Shown: in pieces, positions 1-11,300 of the stretch
How the letters are laid out: every line of letters begins with the position of its first letter
Position numbering within the stretch: position 1 is the first letter of the stretch
From: Saccostrea echinata
Lineage: Eukaryota
NCBI RefSeq assembly: GCF_033153115.1
Contig: NW_026889778.1
Span: 310,001 to 374,000, forward strand
DNA length: 64,000 bases
Reading direction: 5' to 3'
Made by a program: the position numbers and the translations under genes
The notes under the pieces: model-generated
Seen by the model: only the letters and a program-made list of their open reading frames with translations
Told to the model about the DNA's origin: nothing
Databases searched by the model: none

Positions 1-654
1 TAGAATTTGGGTTTTGAAATATATTTATAATTAAGGTGGTCTGCCTCACCAAATTTTAATTCATTGGATGTTTGAAGTATCACTTGAAATATGGAACCAA
101 TATTGAAAGACCAATATCAGATCTTTATATTATATAATTTTTTTTTATTGTGTTTTTTTTTCTCCCACAGAAAACAGAAAATTTGTTTTTGCTGCAAATT
201 ATACACTTGATAACTTCAGATTTACAGTTCATTAATTCATAATACATCTACAAGAAATATTTTGCAAACATCTTTTTAAAACATGAAACAAAATGGCGAA
301 ATTTGGGGGGGGGGGGATCATCTTTTTTAAACTTGGATTATTCAGAAATTAAACTGATCGCAACTAGATGTATATGAAGTTGAATTGTTAGCAATATTAC
401 AATTAAATACCAGTTTGTTTGGATATGATTTACAAATTAACTGGATTTATTGGACGAGTTGATTTCTCCGTGGAAAAAAATCATATTTACAGTTCTTTGT
501 TGATTTTTATTTTAAAGTTTACAACCGGGATTGGTGCCAATTTAATCAAAGTACTGAAAGTACTGAAAAGCGGTTAGCATGCTTCCTTCTGGGATTTACA
601 ACAAAATTTGCATGAAATGTTGGTATTAAAGTACTGTAGAGTTTATGTTCAAAT

Positions 655-1300
655 AGTGTTAAGGTCAAAGTTATTGGTATTCAGAAGAAGGTCTTGACAT
701 AAGGATTACATATGTGAAGTATGAAAGTCCTAGCACCAACCGTTCAAAAGTTATGGCCAAGGTTATTTTCCAAAAGTAGGTCAACTCCAAGGTCAAGGTC
801 AAAGGGTCAAAGTTGTTTGTATCCAAAGGAAGATCTTGACACAAGGATTACACATGTGAAGTATGAAACCCCTAGAACCAATTGTTCAAAAGGTATGGCC
901 AAGGTTAAAGTTTTTCAGAAGTAGGTCAAACTCCTAGATCAAGGTCAAAAGGTCAAAATTGTTGGTATCCAAACGAAGGTCTTGTCACAAGGATTAAACA
1001 TGTGAAGTATGGAACCCCTAGCACCAATTGTTCAAAAGGTATGGCCAAGGTTAATGTTCGGTAAATTTTGCAAAATTGGGTCAAACTCCAAGGTCAAAAC
1101 GTCAAATATGGTGGTACCCAGAGAAAGGTATTGTCACAAGGAATACACATTTGAAATATGAAAGCCATAGCTCCAACCAATCAAAAGTTATAAGCAAGGT
1201 TTAAGTTTTTGCGGACAAACAGACAGACAGACAGAGAGTAACACGGACGGACAGGGCAAAAACTATATACCCCCGAAACTTCGATACGGGGGCATAAAAA
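655..1300. mobile_element. Non-autonomous HINE/pearl-like element with ~138-bp core repeats (aggtcaa-rich)
   Basis: About 4 tandem units, ACAG/ACGG microsatellite, terminal hairpin ccccg..cgggg then an A-run. Confidence 0.7.
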
Positions 1301-1511
1301 TATTAATTTCTCACAATCTTAAGTATTATGCATATGGAGAATGGGTAAACTAAAGGGATCAAAAGTAAAACTCTTTACCCCAGGTTTCCTAGTAATCCAA
1401 ACTACTAGATTATTTAGATCTAATTTAGTAAGCTAAATATGAGTTTGCCTATGATTTTAATGCATTTTGTAATTTTATTTTGGAGACTTTTTTTAATTTA
1501 TGGTCTGGCAG

Positions 1512-1602
1512 GACGGACAGGATCGCACGGTGCATCACGGTCGGATTATCAGGGGTGAGAAGTTTCAGCTGACTATTTACGGGATAGGAAAAAGATACGA
1601 CT
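1512..1602 (+). CDS. Probable exon of a MAM-domain protein gene (DGQDRTVHHGRIIRGEKFQLTIYGIGKRYD)
   Basis: Donor T|gtgagt in phase 1 fits the next exon; acceptor uncertain. Confidence 0.45.
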
Positions 1603-1644
1603 GTGAGTAGCGTACAATATTTAATAATTTCTTAGATGAAATAT

Positions 1645-1870
1645 GGAGATAACGAACAGTATTCAAGTTCAAAGTCCATTAAAACAATACAATTTTGGAG
1701 CAGAGCAAACATGGACCTCTAAAACATCAGAGGTGGGATCAGGTGCAATGGAGGAGTGAGCATCCCCTGCCGACTGGTCCACCGCCGTGTGCTCCTTGTC
1801 ATGATCGGTAATTAAAGGAAAAATCCGTCCACAGTTCAGTGTGTAAATAATGGCCTAACAATTAGTATGA
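1645..1870 (-). mobile_element. Fragment of a dispersed repeat (probably a retroelement end); related copies at ~3310-3430 and ~4170-4655
   Basis: Shared motif gtgaccggt..gacaggggat.cttact...gatcccacctct at three places. Confidence 0.5.
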
Positions 1871-2977
1871 AAAACGTCAACAACAATAGAATTTGATAGT
1901 AAAAAGACGTACTGTCGATTCCTAAATATTAACACTACTAGCGAATCTAAAATACATCTTTCTTTTTTTATTTTTATATTGCTGAAACAAATCTAAAATG
2001 TTTAAGGGCCCTCTATACACTAAAATAAAATATTTCATTTCATTTCATTGAGAAAATTATATTGCATAAAGGGTAAGCATTGAGCTTACCTATTTAATTT
2101 TCGACATTCGGTATGTTGCATTTACCTGCAGGAAAATGTTCATAGACAACGGAGTATTGCTGAACAGAAATTAAAACTGCTAACTCGTGTGGGGAAATAC
2201 ATGTAAAATTAAATATTCTGCCAATTTATCATGGCCTATTACTATATCAAAAATGTTTTAAATGAATACAGTCAAATAGAGTAATACACTGTATTAATAA
2301 AGATTAAAGCTAGGGCAGATTTTCTAACTGCATAAAAATACCCCAGAATCAGAATCTTGTGTGCAGCTTAATAAGTCAACAGTCTTCCCACGAAATTCTG
2401 ATCTCGCTATTTAACATCTACGAAATTTCTGGACATTAAGTACTCGTGTAAAATAACTACAGTATACAAGGACCATTAATGCTGGGCAACAAATATATGG
2501 GGCGGATCCAGAAGGGGTTCGGTGTCCAGAGGTGGATCTAGCTAGAAGTTGTTCGGGGTCCAGACCCTCCCCCCCCCCGGAATTTTCAAAGCCATTAATT
2601 ACATGTAATTTCTACGTAAAGACCTTGGACCCCCCTCCCCCTAGAAAATACGGACCCCTCTTAAAACGGTAAGGCGAGTCATGTATTTGAAGAAAGTGTC
2701 TACCCCCCACCCCCACACACAAACAGGTTTTTCAGGTTTAGGTAAATTTTCATACTTTTGCATTTTTTTGGCTTGTCAAAAAACTTATAAGTCCGACAGT
2801 TAGATCCTCCTCAGTCTAAAAGAAAAATCTTGGATCATTCCTTTACATGTATCTTTAACACGAACTGATATTTAAAAAAAAAACAAAGCAAAACAAAACA
2901 AAAAACAAAGAAAAAAAACAAACAAAAAAACATTGTTTTCCTTTTAATCAACTGGTTTTTTATTTGATAAATTACAG

Positions 2978-3165
2978 ATAGCGACTTTTGCGTGAGGTTT
3001 TGGTACAACTTATCCGATAAAGGGGCGGATCTAGAAGTCATACTGGAGCGGATATTGATGATCCCTGTTCAGCCGAGGATGCAGTTTGGAAGGGAAAACA
3101 TAACGGAGTACGGAGTTTGGAGAGAAGCAAAGGTCTTCATCCACGGAATGATAGGGACAAACCTG
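2978..3165 (+). CDS. MAM-like domain exon
   Basis: ttacag|..SDFCVRFWYNLSDKGADLEVIL...GVWREAKVFI..NL|gtaaga; C-x-x-FWY and G-x-W-x-x-A-x-V are MAM-type motifs. Confidence 0.7.
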
Positions 3166-3985
3166 GTAAGAAGGGTCCACTCATAATAAGACAAAAGGTC
3201 AAAGGTCTTCATCCACGGAATGATGGGCACAAACCTGGCAAGAAGGTCCACTCCTAAAATAGAGGACAGATGGGTCTACACAGAAAACAGAAGACAAAGG
3301 GGTTTTCTCTGAAGATAACGAACAGTAATCAAGATCAAAAGTCCATTGGAACAAAACAAATCTGGAGCAGATTAAACACGGACCACTTAAAACATCAGAC
3401 GTGGGATCAGGTGTCATGGAGGAGTGAGCAATAATAAATATAATATTAACGATGAGTCTACAAAAAAGATAAGAACAAAAGATATGCCAAGAAATAAAAT
3501 TAAAAAAACAAACAGATAAAATAAAAGGACAGATGGGTCTACAAATGAAAATAAACACAACTCTCACATTTTTATCCTTCATTATCACCCCTTGATGGAA
3601 GGAGTGGGGAGGTTAATGGTCCTTTATTTGAAGATTTCTGTTTACTCAAGAATGCTTTGTGCCAAATGTTTGGTTGTATTTTGTCCAGTAGTTCTGAAGA
3701 AGTCGAAAATGCAAAAAGTTTACCGCCAATTAACGGACACATTTACTGGACTTTCTTCGATCAGAAAGCTCACATAAGCATTTGACTCAAATAATAAAGA
3801 AATAATTAGGTTTTTGATAGCATATGGATAGGTATAAGTATAAAATTTGAAATATATGGAAAGGGTATGAAAACTTTTGTATGAACAGGCTTTTACCCAA
3901 AAATCTGTAAAGACAGCAAGGTTTCATTACAATCTCCTACTAAATGTATTTGATACTTTAATTATTTTATTAATTATTTGGATAG

Positions 3986-4078
3986 ATAATTAGAGGCTCC
4001 ACCAGCAGCAGTACCAAGTATCTGGCACTGGACCAAATCAAAGTGAAAAGGAGCACCTGTGACGACATCGGGCTGTGA
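3986..4078 (+). CDS. Terminal exon of the MAM-like gene (IIRGSTSSSTKYLALDQIKVKRSTCDDIGL*)
   Basis: Phase 0; LALDQI...C matches the MAM C-terminal IALDDI...C motif; TGA at 4076-4078. Confidence 0.7.
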   Translation: MIRGSTSSSTKYLALDQIKVKRSTCDDIGL

Positions 4079-4167
4079 ATCGACGAGAAAGACAAACATG
4101 AATTCCTAACTCAATATTCTCTGCAGTTTCTTTTTCGTACAACTCTGTTGAGCATGTCACACTCAAT

Positions 4168-4560
4168 AGTAACCGGTAGACAGGGGATACTTACTTCTAG
4201 TCACTGACTGGTAGACAGGGGATACTTACTTCTAGACACGTGACGAGTAAACAGGGGATACTTACTTCTAGTCACGTAAACGGTAGACAGGGGATACTTA
4301 CTTCTAGTCACGTGACCGGTAGACAGGGGATACTTACTTCTAGTCATGTGACCGGTAGACAGGGGAAACTTCTAGTCACGTGACCAGTAGACAGGGGATA
4401 CTTACTTCTAGTCACGTGACCAGTAGACAGGGGGATACTTACTTCTAGTCACGTGACCGGTAGATAGGGATACTTACTTCTAGTCACGTGACCAGTAGAC
4501 AAGGGATACTTCTCGTCACGTGACCAGTAGACAGGGGATAATTTCTTCTAGTCACGTGAT
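4168..4560. repeat. 36-bp tandem repeat, about 11 copies
   Basis: gtgaccggtagacaggggatacttacttctagtcac. Confidence 0.9.
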
Positions 4561-5771
4561 ATCACCTCTTGTGTTTCCAGGAGTACGTGTTGTGACCCGT
4601 TAACCATTTCTTAACTGAATTTATGAGATTAATCACTGTACGTTATATTCACCCTTTACACATTAAAAACACTTTGGAAGTGTCCATTCAAAATGTTGTA
4701 GAAATGTGACATTCAGTGTTACACTTCATAGAGGAGAAAATATCTTATTTAATGTTTTAAAAATCATTTCATAATGTGTAACAAGAAAATCAAATATCTG
4801 TAAATAAGATTATCTTTGACATCATTTTAAAAACTTTTTAAAACATTTAGAATTGTTTCCTACCTAGCTAAATCAAGAAGCCCAAGGGTCTGGAATCGCT
4901 CTTCTAATAAATTGTACAACCCTAGCTGTCACTTCTATTTATCCTGATTATTTAGATAAAGCCTTGAAATTACAAAAGTAGACCACTATGATGTATGTTT
5001 TGCTTACACTCTGAGAATCAACAAAGTTTGACGATTCTTATTTACTAAAATATTAAAAAATAGCCATAAAATTCCAAAAATAGTCATTGTGACCTACTAT
5101 TTGTTTAACACAAACCGAGGATCCAAATGAGTCAACTAACAAAATTTGATGATTCTAGGCTTCTTATTATTCAAAATTCTGAGATGTAACTATGAAGTTC
5201 CAAAAGTAGGTCATTGTGACCTACTTTTTAGTTAAAACAGTCTGAGGACCCAATATGCACCAAGTAAGAAAGTTTGATGAATCTAAGCCTCCTATTATCC
5301 GAAATATAGAAATATAAATGTGAAATTCAAAATAAGGTCAAGGTGATCCTACATTTTGGTTGACATACTCCGTAGATTCAAAATGCTTCATCTGACAAAG
5401 TTTGATGATATTATTCTAAGCCTCTTTTTATTTGAAATATTTAGAAATAGCCACGATATTTTAAAAGTAGGTAACAGTAACATTTTGATGGACACTCCGA
5501 AGACCCAAGATGCATCGACTGACAAAGTTTGACGATTATAAGCCTCTTAATATCCAAAATATTTTGCTCTAGCCGTGGAATTCTAAAAGTAGGTTATGGT
5601 GACCTACATTTTGATCACACTACCAGAACACAAGACTGAAAGCCACCTAGTTTCTGAAATACTTGAATAGAGTCATGACATTCCAAAAGTAGGTCACAGT
5701 GACCAACTTTTTGGTTTAAATATTCTGAGACCATAGGATGCAGGAACTGATTAGGTTTGATCATCATATGT

Positions 5772-6068
5772 CAGTGTTTGAAACTCACTGCAAAATTAGC
5801 CAGACATTCAGGGCTGACTGCTAGTAAAAGTTGTCAGTCCTGCCCAAGATCTACTAGCCCGGGAAAATACTTGTCTTTTTTAAATTTGTTTTTAACGATT
5901 TTGTGACTGGAACCATGCAGGTCACCATAACTTCGAAATCACGTATATGAATTTTAATTATCAAAAATTTTAACATGTCCAGCCGGGCGTCAATACATGC
6001 AAATTTGTTCGTCCGCTGCAAAATTTGTGCGTCTCGGGCGATCGGGCGCACGGTTATTTCAAACACTG
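5772..6068. mobile_element. MITE, hAT-like
   Basis: TIR cagtgtttgaaa / tttcaaacactg; imperfect TSD catatgt / cctatgt. Confidence 0.7.
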
Positions 6069-6100
6069 CCTATGTGCATCTAAAACAACCTGCAAAATTC

Positions 6101-6880
6101 AACAAAAGTTCCATGGGCCACAATGCTCATCTGAGTCAATATGACCTTGTTCTTCTTTATCAGCAATTTTTTTCCTATTAATTCCTATAAGAAACTTTGA
6201 CCCCTATTGTGGCCCCATCCTACCCCCGAGGATCATGATTTAAACAAATATGAATCTACACTACCTGAAGATGCTTCAATATCAATATGACTGATCAGGG
6301 CTTTGCTGTTCATCAGATTTTTCCTATATATTTCGATTTAAAACTTTGATCCCCCATTATGGCCCCACCCTATCCCCGGGGGTTCATGATTTGAGAAAAC
6401 TTGAATTACACTACCTGAGGATGCTTCCACATCAATTTGACTAATCATGGCTTTGCTGTTCCTGGAAAAAAAGATTTTTAAAAAAAATAAATTCCTATAC
6501 ATTTCTATGTAAAACTTTGATCCCCCATTGTGACCCCATCCTACCCCCCGGGTTCATGATTTGAACAAGTTTCAATCTACACTATGTAATAAAGGTTTCA
6601 CATAAGTTTTAACTTTTTGGTCCAATGGTTCTTGAGAAGAAGATATTTAAAAGAAGCTATCAAAATTTTCACTAATTATGAGTTGTCTCCCCCTGAAAAG
6701 GACGTGGCCCTTCATTTGACCAAACTTGAATTCCGTTCAATCAAGGATCCTTTGTGGCAAGTTTGGTTGAAACTGGTCCAGTGATTTTGGAGAAGATGTC
6801 GAAAATTTACAGACAGATGGATGACAGATAAAATGTGATCAGAAAAGTTCACTTGAGCTTTCAGCTCAAGTTAGCTAAAA
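6101..6880. mobile_element. Pearl/HINE element with Cg170-like repeats (nested)
   Basis: ccatgggccacaatgctcatctgag start, about 3 units of ~166 bp, acagacag, ctcaagttagctaaaa end. Confidence 0.8.
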
Positions 6881-7794
6881 AGTAGGTCACTGGACCTACT
6901 TTTTCCATAAATATGTTTTAAAAGTTTCAAAGTTTGACGATTCTAATGCTCCAAGTATCTGAAATAATGGACTAAAATGTTTTGAAAATTATTTGCCATT
7001 TAATGCAGAAAGTATGTCATGATGACTAACTTTTTGGTTGACACACTTAACAGACCATTAATGCATAAGCTGGCAAGTTTTAATGATCAAAGGCTTCAAA
7101 GTGTGTCAAAGATATGCATCAAAATCAATTTGAAAATGAAAACCTGCAAAAATTAAAAAGTGGGTCATGGTGACCTACTTTTAAGTTATCATGACATGAA
7201 GTCTCAAGATGCATCAACTGACGAGATTTAAAGATCCTAGTCCTTATAATGGGCAAAATATCAAAGTTTAAAAAACATAATTTTACTTTGAAGTGACCTT
7301 GAGACCATGCCGTCTTCCCCAGGGTGATACCTTGAACATTTTTTTCTACAACACATCCTCATTCTTAAGCACAAGTTTGGTGATAATCTGCCTAGTAGTT
7401 CTTGAGAAGTTGTTTTAACAACCACTACTTTCGTTTTTATTTCCCTAATTATATCCACTTATTTACTAAGGGACACAGCCTTATATTTAGTATAAATGAA
7501 AGCGTTTCTGAGATATGGCCCATATTCCAAAAAGTTGATGCACACCACATGAATGGCCATAGCATGAGCTCTTTGAGCCTTTGACTCAGAAGAGCTAAAA
7601 AACCTACCTCCTTTTTGTAAAACAATTCAAAAATGTGTCTAATGTTATATTACCATTATAATCAATACGTTTTGAAAAAGAAAAAAAAAACGTTTTACAA
7701 CTGCAATAAAATGTTTTGTATTTGTAATTTCACATCTTAAAAATAAATATGTATTTCTTTTTCATCGGTAATACAAACAAATAAGGAAGAAAGC

Positions 7795-8375
7795 ACTCTC
7801 TGAAGATTAATATTTTATTTTTAATTGTAGACAATGAACTACCAACACACAACTCTGCTGCCATGCAAATTAAGAACAATGACATTGAAAAATGAAAGAT
7901 ACAGAAATATTTCCTATGTATTTCAATCTATAATAAAATTTGAAGGAATTCAACATTCAGTGGACTTAATAAACTTCTGAGAATTTAAAAAACTGAAATA
8001 TTTCACACTGAAAGCTTGATTTTACAACAGCTGGAGCACTATATTCCCTAGGACTATAACATCTAATATGCATTATGACACAGTATATAAATGTAATTCT
8101 TTGAGACACAATGTTTCAATGGAACCATGGGAACACGGTTTTTCTATACAGACTGATGCCTCCCCTTCAGTTACTCTTCTATAACCTCTGTAGTTGTCCA
8201 GGGTTAGTGTTAGGATGGTTCTCACTCTAACTTTACGTCCTTTAGATCTGTAGGTCACATGCTAACCATAGCTCCACAGTCCAAAAATGAACACAGTCTT
8301 GGAACACATTTCAGATGAAGATCAGAACAGTGGGTTAGAACACAGAACGACAAAATGAATCCAACAACCCAAACT
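7795..8375 (-). other. PBRM1: PBRM1 terminal exon: completes the split stop codon T|AG, then 3' UTR
   Basis: Acceptor ttttttttttcag|AG; AATAAA at 7814-7819 followed by a U/GU-rich tract; cleavage site approximate. Confidence 0.7.
7814..7819 (-). promoter_or_regulatory. Polyadenylation signal AATAAA of PBRM1
   Basis: tttatt on the plus strand, with gtgctttcttccttatttgtttgt downstream on the minus strand. Confidence 0.6.
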
Positions 8376-11300
8376 CTGAAAAAAAAAATTTTTTTTACTG
8401 AAAATGTTTCTTTTCTTCCTGTACAGATTATAGTTAATTTGAAATATAATTCAAATCTGAGGCCTGTTCAAAAGAGCCAATGTTTGCAAGCGAGAGTGAA
8501 CATTTCTGTTTGAGGGATAAGAAATTTAGGTGAGCGTTTGCGAACGTTCACTATGTTGAACAGGCCTCTGTTGTCATGGTAGTTAGACTTGTTTACACAT
8601 GAAATACATTAGAGCACTTGTATTTATAACATCTCTTCTAAATTTTGAACTGTAAATATTCTTTATTTAAAACAAGAAGCCTAAATAGTAACCATATTAA
8701 CAATGTTCATCAAAATCACAAACCTTCAAACAGACAGACAATTAGACACAAAGATGGATAACAGCACCTTACCATTACATTTAGTATACCAGTACTATTC
8801 TATGACCAGTGGGGTTAAAATTCAAATCTATGGACAGTAGGATTAAAATCCAAATCTATAGATAACCAAACTTATAATGGCAACCAAATTTCTAAATCAG
8901 ACATTCAATTATGAAACACTTTTCAATATATTGCATAGGAATTTGTGCACAATTTTGCATATTTTTTTCTGTGCGCTTCAATTCCCACAAACAAAATTAC
9001 TTTTTCAATGCGTTTTTTATGACTTGTTATATAAATGACTTACACAATGTGTTTTTCATGACTTAAGCTCTATAAATAATTACACAATGTGTTTTTACAA
9101 CTTGTTATATAAATGACTTAAACAGTGGGTCTTATATGACTTGTTATATATATGACTCAAACAATGTGTTTTTCTGACTCAGTATAGAAATGACTTGCAC
9201 AGTGTGTTATTATGACTTCTTAAATAACTTACACAATGTGTTTTTATGACTTGTTGTATAAATGATTTACACAATGTGTTTTATGACTTCCTATATAAAT
9301 GACTTAACACAACCTGGTTTTTTCCGACTTGTTATATAAATGACATACACAACGTGTTATATAAATGACTTACACAACGTGTTATATAAATGACTTACAC
9401 AACGTGTTATATAAATGACTTACACAACGTGTTATATAAATGACTTACACAATGTGTTTTTTATGACTTGTTATATAAAAGACTTACACAATGCGTTTTT
9501 ATGACTTGTTATATACCGTTTATACTCGCCTATAAGTCGGTTTTTTGGGAGTAAAATTTTGGTCCAAAACTCTATGTCCGACTTATAGGCGAGCCATAAA
9601 AAATTGACATTATTTTGAGCAGCAAAATGTAGTATTTTATAAACGTGTCCGACGATTATCGTTGAATAAAGTCTGGCTATATTATATCATTTTTGTATTC
9701 TAGGATTATGCATGAAGTACAAGTCTTTACATATCTCAATAATTTTATTTTTATCTTAACTGTGCATTACTTTTTTTTATAATTTAAAAATACTGGCGTC
9801 ATTTCTTAAAAAAATTACTTAAACCAGGTTAAAACATCATTAAAACATTGATTTGAAATTGTCAGCCGGTTCTTGCAAAAAGTTGTACCGACTTATACAT
9901 GTATGCAGGTCAGTAGCAAATCCTTCCAAAATAACCTTAAAAATTACAACCGACTTATAGGAGAGTATATACAGTAAATGACTTACACAATGTGTTTTTA
10001 TGACTTCCTATATAAATGACTTACACAACCTGGTTTTTTCTGACTTGTTATATAAATGACTTAACAATGTGTTATATAAATGACTTGCATAATGTGTTTT
10101 TATGACTTGTTATATAAATGACTTACACAATGTGTTTTTATGACTTGTTATATAAATGACTTACACAATGTGTTTTTTATGACTTGTTATATAAATGACT
10201 TACACAATGTGTTTTTATGACTTGTTATATAAATGACTTACATAATGTGTTTTTATGACTTGTTATTTAAATGACTTACACAATGTGTTTTATGACTTAT
10301 ATTAATGACTTACACAATGTGTTTTTAAGACTTGTTATATAAATGACTTACACAATGCATCAAAAGGGAGAGTCCTGGAGATATTTAGTGTGTCCTTCAG
10401 CATAAGATCACGTAATGCCCACAAAGCATTGGACACGTTCCCATGGTAACCTGCTCCCTCAGCCAGCCAATGGGAGGGCAGACGATTTGGATCAGTGTTT
10501 GTGTTTTCTGCATTAGCCGTGAGATTCTTGTCCCAGTCACTGACAAAAGGTTTGTCTGCTCTTAGTCCCTCTATATACCTGTAAATACAATAATGAACAG
10601 TTTAATGTTTTCCACTTGTTTTAAGTTTACTGTGAATTATCGGTGTGTCAATCAAACAGACTTGCAAGTAGGCATATTTTTCATGAAGCGCTAGCACACT
10701 TCATGAAATATGCCTACATGAGAAGTTTGTGTGACTCACACAAAACTTATACTTTGAGTATTCTTGTACAAATATCGCTAGTATAGTGAGGAGCTTTTAC
10801 ACATACCTGAGATAGGCCTCTGAATGAAGCAGCCGTTGTGTACGGGGTGGGACGCTGACAAACATCGGGGATGGGGGACGCGGGGGAGGGGGTGGTGGAG
10901 GAGGTGGCGCCATCTGTTGTCCTGTAAAATAATTTATGTTAAAGTTTTCCAAAGGTGAAAATTAACAGAAACACAGTTACAGTCTTTTAAATTAACAGAT
11001 TTATTTATTTTTTGTTATTGTTTTTTGAAGTCATCAATAAAATTCCTTTCAAATTTAAATGAAATCTGAGTAGTGCAACATGATAGAGTTATTTATTGAT
11101 TTTCCACTTGATTTCTCTAACAATGTATTAGACAATCTTCAGTTCAATCAAAACCATGATTGTAAAGTTTAAGGCAATATGTACATTTTTTAAAAAAATT
11201 CTTTGAACCATAATCTGAGCACTCCTTTTATGAAATGCTAGTAAGTATATAATTATTTAATAAGTGCATATCAAACAAAAAAACTGTAGATAAGTGGAAA

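Larger units (their letters stand above)
4873..7602. mobile_element. HINE-like element with ~120-bp hairpin-bearing core repeats; hosts two nested insertions
   Basis: Starts caagaagcccaagggtctggaatcgctcttct, ends cagaagagctaaaaa; units contain aaaagtaggtca.n.tgacctactttt. Confidence 0.8.
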
